A DNA stretch of 45,107 nt from Catajapyx aquilonaris (taxonomy: Eukaryota). Under the pieces are notes generated by a model. That model was not told where the DNA came from. It did not search any database and saw only the letters and a program-made list of their open reading frames with translations. Both the position numbers and the translations under genes were made by a program. Every line of letters starts with the position of its first letter. Positions within the stretch are counted from its first letter, which is position 1. The stretch covers positions 1 through 45,107 of the forward strand of contig KZ538839.1 in NCBI GenBank assembly GCA_000934665.2. Direction: 5' to 3'. Of the stretch, positions 25,073 to 37,519 are shown piece after piece.

Positions 25073-28000
25073 TCGTTATGGGTGGTTTTTTTTATTTCCA
25101 AAGCTGTGGGGTGGGATGCCGTTGACCAAAAAGATCCCCCTTCTTAAAGGTGTCCGGTGTTGCCTTGTTGCTTGTTCACGCCATCAGGAAATGCAGCACA
25201 CCCATCGTGTCATGGTCAGTTAATCCCCTTCCAGATCGCCTTGTCTTCCCCAACGCCCTGTACACATTAAAGAGAAGAAAAAATGGCTTTTGAAATGAGA
25301 AGTACCACACCCGGTAATCACTTCCTCTAATTAACGCAGCTATAATGCGGAAGTGGAGGATTGGCTAGGCTGAGTCTCGTTGTGTAAGAGATTATTTTAT
25401 CACTTTTTGGACCCTCATCCTTATCAGTAGTTATTGACAGGCAATGCAATCGTCTGATATACGGTACCAGCCAAGGCCATTGTCATACCTTACCTGAACT
25501 ACAGTACAGATTTCATAATAAACACCGGTATTATGATAATACCACAACGGAATGGCATGGCGGTATCTAATTACATTTGCTGCGGAAACGATCCCTTTTC
25601 TTAATGCGGAGACAGTCCTTGGACCTCTCACCTGTAATGCACTCCATCCGCTATTATTCTGTGACCCATATAACCGCCCGTACTTTCCCAGATCATTATA
25701 CTGGGGTCAGCAGAGGAGCCAGTACATTGTTCCAAGTCGGGATTTCAAGAAGGCTTGCTTTTCATCCTCTTTGCCTTTCACGATTGACTTGGCAATTCAA
25801 AATTATTACGATCAATCTTATATATTTCACCTCGTCGGTTTGCATGCCAATCGCAGAAGTTATTGGTTCAATAATTTTTCAAAGGCGCCAGAGAGCGCAC
25901 AGATATTAATTGGGCCTTAATTACATGTCTAATTACTCTGAAAGTTCCCAACACGACCAGAAAAGTTCAGGGGTCAAGCATGATTCCCACATATTGCATA
26001 CAGGCACTAGAACCGCGAATCTTGTCTCGACCAAAACGAGTCAGGTGAATAAGTAATTTTATGAGCCCTTTTTGTGTGTGTGGAACCGAGTGAGCTTTAA
26101 AACCAGACGGTGCGGTGGGAAGAGCAGCCAGATACGTACTACCGCGCAACCATTAGAAACACGCGATCATTTTTGTCCCAGGTCGCAGACAGGTCTAGAC
26201 ACCGGATCCTGGCTTATATGCAACACACAATGACCAGCTTGGCACGAATACATGCGCCATCTGCCTGTAAATGTGCGCACTTGGTATATTGCAAAATACC
26301 GCAACATCTGATCAAATAAGCTATTCTAACGGTGCTACCAGTACCCTTCACTGATATCTGGCAATTTACCAACTGTACCCAATATGTGCCAAATACACTG
26401 TGACTAATAAGAACATGATAGGTTATATATGCTATAAAACTTACTTCGGACCATGGTTCGGACTGTTCCATTGTGCATTGTGCAACAACAAAAAAAGTGA
26501 CAGGTGATTTCCCCTAAAGTCTCCCTTCCCTTGTAACAAGGAAAAACTAACATTCTCACACTTATCACTGACCGAAACTGTTGCACAAAATTGTTACCCA
26601 CGCAGCCACCTAAGCACCAATCAATCTATTGTGCCGGTAATAATTCCATAGTAAAATCCAAGGAAACGAGCCGGGGAAATATTCGCACCGTTGTAACATG
26701 CCAGCATGCACAGAGTAATCAGTGCTTGGTCGATATAAATGATTGATTACGCACCTTTCACCAGCAACCCCAGCTGGAGTCAAAGACAGACCTTCCCTCT
26801 TCCCTTGCCAACCATCGAATCCGGTCTTTGCAAAGTGTACCTTGTACCTCACCTCCCCCGCACCCAATTACATCGGCACATCATGCAATCATCTTCCGTC
26901 TTGCTCTGTTTAAGACGTTTCGTGGATGAACCTGTACACTCTTTCTCAGGGAAGAGTGACGTGTGCTCGACCAACTGAGGAAGTTCCAAACAAAAACAAT
27001 TCCAGCACCCGGCTCATTTTCGTAACAATGGTCTTATTTTAATCTGACGGGAAAAAATGCTAATGCAGGAACTGGCTCAAAAACATGCAAAAATCCAACC
27101 CAAGTGGCCGAAGAAAGAGGGTCAATTGCCTTGTCTCATTGACGCCACCTCCACCAAGATTTCCCACGGCCATCCTGTACCTAATGGCGTGCATGGAACT
27201 GGTCTTCCTTTTTACAGGGTCACAAAAATATAACGATGCGAGACACCCCCAGGTCATTGCACCCTAAATCAAACTAATGGCAATTATTGGTCTCTTCCCA
27301 TCAGAAATGGAATAGATTGCATAATCCCATGTTCCCTTTCCACTTTGACCATGTAATGAATTAGTACCATTGGGGCGCACCTCTTCGTGACTCGTTGGGT
27401 TATTCCGGGAGAAAGTTGATCTCTGTTATTTGGCCGCCACTTTTACTGCCCAACAGAACAAGATCCGCACTTTTTCAGTGTAAAAACCGACCTAAACACA
27501 CCTTTTAAAAAAATCTTCCGGACTTACCACACATGCAATACTATCACGTGCTGGCCACACAATGGATGTGCAAAGTAGACATATGTTGAAGCTATGCGAA
27601 CTTGATAGCTTCTGAGCGAGAGGCACGTGGCGATTTAGAATTACGTCTGCAAGAATCGAGGCGCTTATTACTAGAATGTATGATCTCACTTACAGGGGGG
27701 TTCAGCTTGTGGTTTTGTCCCTTCCTCTTTTGCACTGATACAAGAAGCCGGCCCCAAGCTTTCTTGTCATGCAGACCACTCCACCTGCCCTCTTCCCCAC
27801 AACCACCCCACATCCCCCACTACAGCTCTACCACTCTCCCACCCCAACCTTCACCCCCCTCTTTTTACCTTAACCTCCGGGCAAGTTTTACATTCCACTA
27901 CTCATAAAACGATGAGAGCCATTTCGGTCAGGTTGACCTGAATTATTTCAGAAGGTATGGCAGCGTACGTTACAGCACAATGACACAAAAGGTAATTTAA

Positions 28001-29601
28001 GATAAGAGTGCTAACAATATGCAAATGAGCTCGTTTTAAAAACCAGCATTTGGTGCATGTAAGAATTTGCCTTCTGTTACATTGGCAATGCAAAGCAGAA
28101 GGTGCATGGAAACATTCGCCTTGCCTCATGTGCACTGGGGTTAAAATACTAGGTGGATTCTCACCTGGGCCACTGGTTCAGGTATTTGAATGTGGTCAGA
28201 AGAGTCAACCCCCTCCCAACCACCCCACTCCTTTCAAGCCCCCTCACTTTTTTTGTTGTCCCTAACCCAAGCTCTGTAATTGTGGTTCATCTTCCGCTCT
28301 GGCTATACGTTTTCTGGATGACTTCACTAGTTGCACAACAGTACCGGTATGCACATAGCTGCCTATGCTGCATTCTTGCTATATTTCTATTAAATGGTTA
28401 CATTTAGAAATAAGTATCAAATGTCTCTACAAAGAAAATTACAGGTTAGTAGTTGGAATTAGTACACCTTCGCAGTAGAAAAAATAATCCTCTAAGGATA
28501 TTCCAATTATTGTCTTCTGCACTACTAAAACTCCTGACTCCCAATTGATTCCAGGTCCATGGAAACACTCGTTAATAACAGATAGCAAAAACTAGAATGA
28601 ACTGTGACATATGCAAACATTGCATGTCACCTACATCAGAAATAACTATTGTCCAGATTACACATAATTCCTTACAAAGATGATGTCAGTACATGGCCTA
28701 GTCATCACCATTATGCATCACCTGACAGTTCGTCCCACACACTTCATTTGAAGACCTGAAGCAACTCAAGGAGTTACTGATTCCGGACAACATATGCCCC
28801 CTCTCCCAACTTCCACCCCTTTTCAGTTCCTGATCTTGGAAGATCTCAACGCAAGATCAAATCAGTACTCAGAACATGAACTACCTGTTCACATCATTGT
28901 TATCTCTAGGAAGGGAAGGGAAGGTGATGCAATAATAGCCATGTGTAGCCGCAAAATTTGAATTGGAGGAACGGGTAGGCTTGGAACATTAGTAGAAAGC
29001 ATCATTCACCAATTAACATTGCAGGAAAGTGATTTTTTTTTCTTGTGTCCCCTGTCAGTGCTAGCGCTGCTGCAAGGGGTAGGGCAACTGAAGAACATTG
29101 TACATTGAGGGAGTGAATCTGAGGTAAAGGCACAGTAAATGCCATACATTTTTGTCACAATGTCCAACTCCTCCATTCATGTAAACATAACTCTTACCTA
29201 CAGTATAATGAGAGATGGTACTTCACTAAGGTTCGCAGTTTATCCCTATGTTGGACAAAAAACATAATCTCAGGTGACACGAGTTCCAATAAGTACACGG
29301 TCTCCAAATGGATTTCTTGGTTGTTCTCCCATTTCCTTCCACAATCAAAACCATCAACAGCACTCCAGCAGTGATGGAAGAAGTAGGTAAAACACGATCC
29401 CCTAAAAGGCCACTATATGGGCATATCATGTATCCAATATTGAGTAGCCTCTTCAGCATGAGGAATATTTTCATGGCAGCCACCAAATTAAAACTGTGCA
29501 ACTTGCAGGATTTGCATAGTCATCAAGGCAGAGGTTTTCAAACTTTTACCAACTGCGACCCCCTAAACATGTTTCCATAAATGTGCGACCCCCCCCCCCC
29601 C

Positions 29602-29620
29602 NNNNNNNNNNNNNNNNNNN
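29602..29620. other. Assembly gap after poly-C, next to a hAT-Charlie-like MITE end (CAGAGGTTTTCAAACTTTT..GCGACCCCC at about 29529)
   Basis: The N run is seen directly. The MITE end is a resemblance only. Confidence 0.9.
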
Positions 29621-30783
29621 AGGAGCCAGGACATTTGTGACTGATTGACACTGATGAAAGAAATATAATTATTGAGAATCTAGTCTCTCCTTCATTCATT
29701 GACTTCAAAAAGGGTTTCTACTTTACATATTTCAATACACACACAAATCTCCACTCTACACCACAATGCCTGCATAGCCACCAAAATCTGGTCAACCCTA
29801 ATTTAACTGGCAACTTAACTGGCAGTGTTGCAAAACACTGACCCCTATACATTCCCTTTCATACATCAGTTACCTAGGAGAAGAGAAAAATAACAAAATA
29901 AAAATAAAAAGGGCTCACCTAGGAATGGTGGGTATCATCATGTCAATATTTAGATTATTACTTGAAAGATTTGCAATTTTTTTATTATTATGCAGTCCAC
30001 AGGAATGATTCCTCACACACATTAAATATCTATGCAGTGTCACATGTAAAATAAGGCAATGCAAGTCTGGAACATGAGCAACAATAACAACTAAGCGACT
30101 TGAACATGTTTCGTGACTTTCTGTCACTGGGATCATAAAAAGTTGTGGTGTCAATTTAACCCATTGTGGTTGACTTAATTACCTCTAAGAGATAACACAG
30201 CCTTTTGGCATATTTGCTTTCACCCTTGGCTAGTAATGGCACGACAATGCCCCAAAGAACCAGCATACAACTTTTCTCTGGATGTAAAAAATGGCATGTG
30301 TAGCTAAGCTCACAGACACAACTTCTCCAGGCCACCACGGCATTGTGTCTAATCACATCTTTGGAGTGGGGATGATTCTACATTGTGCAACTGACGTCAA
30401 CAAGTGAAGTGAAAAAAAAGCAACGCAAGTAACCAGCTTGTAGCAGTCTTGGTAAATATTCCTGATTACACACAGGATGAAGTCAACACATTTGTTGCAC
30501 AATCATGTTTTGTTCTCTTACTCCTTAACAATATTGGTCCTTGCAATTTTACAAAAATACCGTTAGCACTTCCGGAGTGTGTTCTTACCAGTAAAAATCA
30601 GTCCCCTGCAGTAAGTATGATGTTGAAACATTGCGTCATTGTGGCTGTTCAATGCTTCTGTTTCAACAGCAGTCTCATGCAGGAAACATGTCTACAGTGC
30701 ACATAGTAACAGGCTGCAGATTCTTTAGGGAGTGCCCATTCAGATATACTCCAGTCATCACACCAACATCAGTTTTACGCATG

Positions 30784-30843
30784 TCACTCTTGCAGTAACA
30801 AATTTTGGCAGGTCTCTTGCTCGATCCGAAAGTCATACTGATA
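30784..30843 (-). CDS. MVB12: MVB12 last coding exon (UMA domain end: YQYDFRIEQETCQNLLLQE*)
   Basis: Acceptor TTTTGTTTTTCAG|TAT. YQYDFRIEQ matches the UMA motif EYxYxFxxE. TGA at 30784-30786. Confidence 0.9.
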   Translation of the reverse strand, partial: YQYDFRIEQETCQNLLLQE

Positions 30844-31015
30844 CTGAAAAACAAAACAAAAAAATTCATCTTACACTTGTTGTACTTGTACAATTGCTTA
30901 CATTATAAGTGAACAGTAGAAAAACTTGGCACATTTTATAGTTATGCAAAAAGAAAATACTCCAGATAAAAGGCAGCCAAGTTTTCCATCAGGCAGAATT
31001 TACTTCCACACATAC

Positions 31016-31066
31016 CTCAACTTCCAACTCAGCTGCAGTCTTGGGAACAATTACAGGAACCTGTAA
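31016..31066 (-). CDS. MVB12: MVB12 coding exon 5 (LQVPVIVPKTAAELEVE)
   Basis: Acceptor TTGCTTTGCAG| and donor GAG|GTATGT, phase 0-0. Matches the UMA segment KS/TxxEIExE. A second in-frame AG lies 6 nt inside. Confidence 0.88.
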
Positions 31067-31824
31067 CTGCAAAGCAATAATTACACACTAACTTCATCTC
31101 TTCCACACACTAACATCATGAAAAAATACTCGCAAAATTATCCAGCACCCTACAGATTATACCGCCTTTCAAAGGCAACTTACATTCAGGCTTAGTTCCA
31201 ACCATCTTATATAGTGATCATCATCATAAAAGAAATCACAGGCTTTTTTCACTTGCTAGTGCATATAAAAGACGTAGCCTACAACATGTATACCCTATCA
31301 TATTGTTGGCATGCAGGAGAAATCCACCAAGTCCAATTTTGGCAGTTTTGAGCTATTCACATCACTGTGTAGTATTTTTTCTGCTCTAGCTTAAAGTAGT
31401 GTTTGCCTCAGAGGACCCCAAATCTTCATCATCATTTACAACATTTATGGTTGCTCCTTTGACAAAATTTCTCACTCCTACATTTTTTATCTGTTTTGTG
31501 CCATTGAATACACTGCCAACCACACTAATACTAGTAAGAAACACCCTGTATAGTGACTGGATACTCCCTGGCAAGCTTGTAGCAGATTCATTGTGATACC
31601 AAGAGTGAATCAGAATAGAAACAAATGTACTTGGGATTTTTACGATAAATTAAAGTAGATGCTGGAGTGCGTAACAGACACACAGTCAAAGCATCTCTCA
31701 TATTCCAGTCTGCCTTCTAATGATTTGCAATCCAAACTGGATATAAATGCACTCATCATCACTTGCACCTTGCATGACATCTGACAATTTTACAAACAGG
31801 TTTCACTTCATGTAATATGCTCAC

Positions 31825-32215
31825 CATGTTGAGTCCCTCCGAGCCACAGAGCTTGCTGCTCAACACAAATGGCACCCCATCCAACCCATGGGGTCCACCT
31901 AAAGTCCCAGTACTGTAGCTGGATCCATTGTTCTGATCCATGCCAGGTGGTAATGGGGCAGGTCTCCTTGGCTGGTTCTGATATATGTTTCCACCTCCAT
32001 TCCCCAGAGACCCAGACCTTCCCCGGCTGTCAAATCCTTCCATCAGAGAAGGGTACATGGCTGGAACTCCTGCAGGAGACATGGGACTTCGCCCATGGGT
32101 GGGTGTGCCTGGGGCACTGTTGCTATATGATGAAATCTCTGAAGGTAAGCCTGCTCCTCCACGAATACTGCTTGGGGCACATTGCTTGTAACATACTAGC
32201 AAGCCATTGATTTCT
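31825..32215 (-). CDS. MVB12: MVB12 coding exon 4 (end of MABP, Pro-rich linker, start of UMA: LDGVPFVLSSKL)
   Basis: Acceptor TTCCATTCCAG|A (phase 2) gives GEINGLLVCYK. Contains the DGVPF UMA signature. Donor ATG|GTGAGC. Confidence 0.92.
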
Positions 32216-32999
32216 CTGGAATGGAAAACATGAAACACATTAATACCAATTTATCAAAATAAAACATGATGACTAACTTAGAACTTAAAACTGATCTTTC
32301 TGTTGCACCTGAAATGCACTACCAATAGTGTGATATGAAGAACGAGGGAGGGGCATCATTAAGCATAGCATTTCTATTTTACTAGGCAGGTATAATGCCC
32401 AAAATTTGCAGAAAATTTTTAAAACACTCAAAATGCCCAATTCCTTCATGACTATGTAATAATTTATTCTCAACTTACCTGACAACTTTCATGCAAGCCT
32501 ACTGAATTCCCTGGCAGTTCATGCGAATTACTCACATATCATGAAAATTTTGGGAAATTGAGTCTGATCTTGACCAATACTAATAGCTGCCATGTCCAGT
32601 GTTCTGCTGCATGACATACACTATACACACAGCATTTTACAGTTATCACACATTAAAATATTTCTTCAAATAACAGTTCTGTACTCTATGATGCTACTTG
32701 TACAGCAGCATTATTACTTTCATTATTTTATACAGGTACTGCTCATCCAATGTGCTGAGTAACTTACAATATAAAATGCAATAATAGCGTTAGTATTACA
32801 TGTTGTACGACTGGGTTTGGGAATGGGAAAGAGTGGAAATAGCAGCTTCCCAACCCTCAATGCCAATAATGATATTTGAAAAGTGTGTCTTGGACTGATT
32901 TTTCCCACTTCTCTTCATATTAAACAACATTTTTACCACTGCTTTGCTGATGTCAGGACCTTACAGCAAGTCACGGAACTATGAAACATCCTAATTCAC

Positions 33000-33222
33000 T
33001 TTATTTTTATTTTTATATTTTTTATTTAGGTTTACCCCATTGGAGGGAAAGAACCCCTTTTAGGGGGGAGTGGATTGCCACCATTTGAATGATTTTCAAA
33101 TTTTTCTTCAGACTACGTGCAAGGACAATTAGGGAAGTAGGGTAAGGATGGTGGGATTTGGGAGGGGACACAGGTGCAACTGCATTGTCTGAAAAGGGTC
33201 ATGTGCAGTCCCCCAGGAGGCC
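33000..33222 (-). mobile_element. 5'-truncated SINE copy related to the SINE at 34742-35012
   Basis: Minus strand CCTCCTGGGGGACTGCACATGACCC..TGCAGTTGCACC..ATGGTGG..CCCCCT..GGGGTAAA plus an A-rich tail aligns by eye to 34881-35012. Confidence 0.6.
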
Positions 33223-33311
33223 GGTAAGTTCACCTTATTCATCTTACTGGTGACAGAACTGACTTTACTTCATTACATATGAATTTCATCTTATCAGAGT
33301 GTTACTGTATA

Positions 33312-34450
33312 CGAAGACTTCAGGGGAAGAACAATCACGGTCCACCTCATGTGAAACAGAGATATTGCAATTTCAAATTTAGTTTTAGAAGGCCCATAAG
33401 GTTCTATTGTAAATCCCACTTTCGGGGCCTTCACTATTGGACTATGATCATTACTCCACAACCACGACCCAACCATCATATTCTATGCTAGTGAAACTAC
33501 ATTCTGACAAGGGAAGGTCATGGGGTGATAATGACGGATCTTGATGAAATTGATCACGCTAATACATATGATACCCAAAAATAAAATATTTCGTGCGGAA
33601 CCCCATATTTGCAAAAGTTATGACGTCTTAAAGTTCCAAAAATAATACATTTTCATACTCCATGGGATTACATTAGCGACCACATATAATGGCATTGAAT
33701 GTGTAATCACTTTTCTTATTCTTTCAGGGAGCATGTGAATCGATATATCGTAACCTAGGCAACATATCGATTCCAGTAATCGGCTTGGGCGATAACATCA
33801 TGGCGGCCGATGACGCTCATTGCAAACATGTCCAACGTCAGGAATAAAATCCACAGCCCCTGTGCCAGAGAGTCAGATAAAACCCGGAGTAAATCCCCGA
33901 AAAACACGGTCAGGAATACAGGGAAACTAACTTCGAAATCCAACGATAACCCGCCCGTAAAGTAGACTTGTGCGGATAGAGTGAACCCAGACGACCGGAA
34001 GTGGCGGGTCACCAGAAGTTGACCATGAAACCTATTTTGGTCACGCTCAATCCGAATATGAAAACCGTTTGTCGCTATCTCTTACGGTTTAGGCCTTCAT
34101 ACCTGTCCACAGACGGACGGACGGACGGCCAGAGCCGTTCTGTATGACTTTTTTCTGATGAGAAAAGGTCTAGAAACTGATTACACACTTCAATGTCATT
34201 ATATGTTGTTGCTAATGTAATCCCATGGAGTATGAAAATGTATTATTTTTGGAACTTTAAGACGTCATAACTTTTGCAAATATGGGGTTCCGCACGAAAC
34301 ATTTCATTTTTGCATATCATATATTGTCCTGTATTAGCATGTTAAATTTCATCAAGATCCGTCATTATCACCCCGTGACCTTCCCTTGTGAGATAGTAAC
34401 TCATTTTTGACAAAAAGTGGACCTTGATTGTTCTTCCCCTGAAGTTTTCA
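33312..34450. mobile_element. Non-autonomous DNA transposon with long TIRs and TA flanks (Tc1/mariner-type foldback)
   Basis: 33313-33345 is the reverse complement of 34417-34449 (2 mismatches), and 33503-33716 of 34172-34393. TA lies at 33310-33311 and 34451-34452. The spacer has an (ACGG)n microsatellite. Confidence 0.8.
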
Positions 34451-34474
34451 TAATGATGTAGTGGGGAGGTGTGG

Positions 34475-34737
34475 GGGCGACACGGTGGCCGAGTGGTTAG
34501 CGCCGCAGCCTTCCACCTCTCAGGTCCCGAGTTCGATCCCCGGGTCGGATGGAGGATATTTATGTGGATAGAGTTTCGATGGGTTCTCTCCGTGTTCGCG
34601 TGGGTTTTCTCGGGGTTCTCCCGTTTCCTCCCACTATCAAAATCCATCATATTACAGGCAAATGATTAAAGTCGGATATTCAAAAGATGATCCCCTAAGA
34701 GGCCCAAGGGGCCTATCACGGGGTATCCATTACATAT
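34475..34737 (+). mobile_element. tRNA-derived SINE with V-domain-like core and 16-bp TSD
   Basis: A box TGGCCGAGTGG (34486) and B box GAGTTCGATCCC (34529). The core GTTCTCTCCGTGTTCGCGTGGGTTTTCTCGGGGTTCTCCCGTTTCCTCCCAC resembles the V-SINE domain. TSD TAGTGGGGAGGTGTGG at 34459-34474 and 34738-34753. Confidence 0.88.
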
Positions 34738-34741
34738 TAGT

Positions 34742-35012
34742 GGGGAGGTGTGGTGGCTGAGATGGTAACGTCTTGGCTTGCTGAGTGAAAGGTCCCAGGT
34801 TCGATCCCCGCCTGGGAGCTACCTTTCGCCTGCGTCGGGAGGGTCTCTGACCCTCACCTTGGAGGTGTCTGGCAACCTAACCTCCCGGGGAACAGCACAT
34901 GGCCCAACGCTTGATATTGCACTTGCACCCATGATGGTGGTGTGCCACCCCCCTGTAGATCCCGTAAGGGACATCACGGGGTAAACAAAACAAAACAAAA
35001 TAAATAAAAAAT
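34742..35012 (+). mobile_element. Second tRNA-derived SINE (different family)
   Basis: A box TGGCTGAGATGG (34754), B box GGTTCGATCCC (34798), a 3' stem-loop, then a (CAAAA)/A-rich tail. Confidence 0.82.
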
Positions 35013-35037
35013 AATTATGTAGTGATGAATTACATAC

Positions 35038-35167
35038 CCAGCAGGAAGAAACCCCTCTGGAGCCTTCTTGGACTTGCTCAAAATAATGATGTCAGTGATT
35101 ACTGCAGTGGCTGAACCTAATGGCACTAGCTTGTAGCACAGTTGCTTCTTTTTCCATGCTCTTTGCT
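35038..35167 (-). CDS. MVB12: MVB12 coding exon 3 (EQRAWKKKQLCYKLVP...ITDIIILSKSKKAPEGF)
   Basis: MABP domain motifs. Acceptor TTATTCCAG|AG, donor TGG|GTATGT. The upstream intron is 59 nt. Confidence 0.93.
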
Positions 35168-35226
35168 CTGGAATAAAATTATGGTTCAATTATGACTGCA
35201 CTAATGCAAAATGCAGTGTAACTGAC

Positions 35227-35422
35227 CGGAGTCCTGAGTATGGGTGATGAGCGTGTAAGCTTCAGGAGGTGGGTCCTTTTCATTGATTATGGCCAACTTC
35301 TCCACCACATAATTTGCTGTGCCTTCTGTTTTGGAGGTGCAGAGGTAGCGAGTGATTCTCCGACTAAATAGACCATCCTTCCACAGATCTGCATCAGTGT
35401 CTTGGTCATATGTCTTTGACAC
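35227..35422 (-). CDS. MVB12: MVB12 coding exon 2 (VSKTYDQDTDADLWKDGLFSRRITRYLC...)
   Basis: DADLWKDGLF..TRYLC is the MVB12 MABP signature. Acceptor CAACAG|GTG, donor CCG|GTCAGT. Confidence 0.95.
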
Positions 35423-35466
35423 CTGTTGATAAGCAGGCACATTTTATGTCCTGGCCACACAGCAAT

Positions 35467-35819
35467 TTTGGTGGGAAGAGACCTCCCACATTAAGCAAAA
35501 ATAATTACTTTAAATAAGCCATATTAAATTATTTCAGAGCATTAACGTATTATGAATCTATAAAATTAAACTTGGTGGGAACAGGGGGGGGGGGGGGGTT
35601 AAAGGGTTAAAGGGTTAAAGGGGTCAAAGGGTTAATATAAGGAGGGGGGAGGCAGGCGGGAGGGAGGGAGGGGGGAGGGGAGTATGATGCAGATAATTGT
35701 TGGATGAGCATCATTAAGAACATGACCTACACCGCAGGCCAAGAAAAAAGTGAGCGAAGCGAGCGGTTTCCTTGGCCTGGGCCATAGAAAAATGTGAGCG
35801 AAGCGAGGGTTTTTCTAGT
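35467..35819 (+). mobile_element. Short Helitron/Helentron-like non-autonomous element
   Basis: Left hairpin GTGGGAAGAGACCTCCCAC. The right end has two GAGCGAAGCGAG copies followed by TTTTCTAGT. Internal (TAAAGGGT)n and G-tracts. Confidence 0.45.
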
Positions 35820-36375
35820 TATACTGTATTACGGTATTCAGCAGCATGTGCAAATTCCTCCACAGATATCCAGGGATTATTCCCTAGGACAGTGCTTCCC
35901 AAACTGTGGGTCACGACTCAATTTGGGGTCGAGAGGGAAGGTAACAAATTACTTTAACAAAATCATTCTATCTCTCTGTAATCTTAATCTATATTTTAGT
36001 TAGTTTGTTTGTGAGTTTGTTTAAGAGTTTGTTTGTTTGTCCCTTATAGAAATCCAAGGGAAGGCCCCTACACCGCCTTAAATTAGCATATCGGGGGTTA
36101 CATTTTTTAAGGAATTTAATGCCGCACGTTTCAGCTTCCGAAAATGAACCTAACACCCATAACACGCATATTCCCAATTAACCAATTGCCAATTACCAAT
36201 TTATCAATATTCATGGATTTCCATGGTAATGCCCTCATTACATAGTAGGCGTATTCGGCAATTCAGATTATTCTGAGATGCGTCACGTGATATCTGAGTT
36301 GTTAGCCCTGCCCCTCAGAAGATTATTGCCGAACGGCCGAACTGAGAGACCCCCCTACCCGCCTGTGCTGCATCC

Positions 36376-36520
36376 CAGTGATATGCCAACGTTCGGGTAT
36401 TTCGGTGCCGTATTTCGGACGCTTGCGGGTAATGGTGCGGGTAAAATGAAAATGCGGGTAAAATCGGGTATTTTCAGGTCCTCTCGCGGGGTTTTTGGGC
36501 ATTTTGCATTGGCAACACTG
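36376..36520. mobile_element. hAT-superfamily MITE (145 bp) nested in the Helitron
   Basis: Exact 8-bp TSD CTGCATCC at 36368-36375 and 36521-36528. TIRs CAGTGATATGCCAA / TTGGCAACACTG. Confidence 0.88.
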
Positions 36521-37139
36521 CTGCATCCATAACAATAATTTGTTTGTTAATTGTTTCTCAGCAAGTAAGTCAGGTCAGGAGTAAGTTCCTGAGCTTGGGA
36601 AGTCAGGTAGGGTGCATGCGCACTTACTTCAGGGGGCGTGGCACCTGATTTGCCGAACATCCAAACAGCCCAGGAAGTCAGATTCTTGAATTTCCGAATG
36701 CGCCTAATAATTCGTGAGATTTTGAAGACAAGAATAGGGACTGTTAATTATACTGTTTTTGTTTGTAAGCATTTCCAAGGAAACTCAAAAAGTTAGAAGT
36801 TCCAGAATTGCATTTTCGGAGATATCGAGTGTTCCCCTGCTGTTTCTCGATGCCTCCAAAAAAATGTTGCACTTTTGGCCAATCTCCCGCTGCCAAACGC
36901 AAATGAAGTACAAGGCAGAAAGAAACTTCACAAGAGCGAGAGTCCCGTCTACACCTTCATTACAACCTGACATTGCACCTGACATTACAACACAAAACAG
37001 CCCCGGCTCTGGCTGGAACTGATGCCAGTAATGATTGTGTGACACCAGATTGACGAAAAATTTTGGCTTATTGTTTTCAATATAACTACGCAATGACCCG
37101 ATAAGGCCAATTTTAAGGCAGCGTAGGGGCAGTGTAGGG

Positions 37140-37407
37140 GCATTACCTGGAAATCCATGAATATTGTTAAATTGGTAATTGGCAATTGGTTAATTGGGAA
37201 TATGCGTGTTATGGGTGTTAGGTTCATTTTCGGAAGCTGAAACATGCGGCATTAAATTCCTTAAAAAATGTAATCCCCGATATGCTAATTTAAGGCGGTG
37301 TAGGGGCCTTCCCTTGGATTTCTATAAGGGACAAACAAACAAACTCTTAAACAAACTCACAAACAAACTCACAAACAAACTCACAAACTAACTAACTAAA
37401 ATATAGA
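37140..37407 (-). mobile_element. Inverted near-identical copy of the Helitron 5' end
   Basis: Reverse complement of 35988-36240. The spurious ORFs 35989-36177(-) and 37194-37391(+) are identical for about 60 aa. Confidence 0.88.
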
Positions 37408-37519
37408 TTAACAAAAATCCCAAATCCCAGACCAAGGCTAGTTCCCCATTGCATTTTCGGAGATATCGAATGTCCCCTTTCTGTTTCTTAATGCCTCCAA
37501 AGAAGCGTTGCAATTTTGG

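Noticed and set aside
28804..28853. SQLPP..FLILEDLNA resembling a LINE endonuclease motif
   Set aside because: Too short, needs a frameshift, and has no supporting flanking motifs. Possible ancient relic only.
34475..34815. Two tRNA-like sequences
   Set aside because: They have A/B boxes but no complete cloverleaf, and they continue into SINE bodies with tails and a TSD.
34692..34983. SINE tails superficially like hammerhead ribozymes (CTAAGA-stem)
   Set aside because: The CUGANGA core is imperfect and the required GAAA after stem II is absent on both strands.
35989..37391. Two ORFs with identical peptides on opposite strands
   Set aside because: An artefact of the inverted Helitron 5' ends; non-coding.
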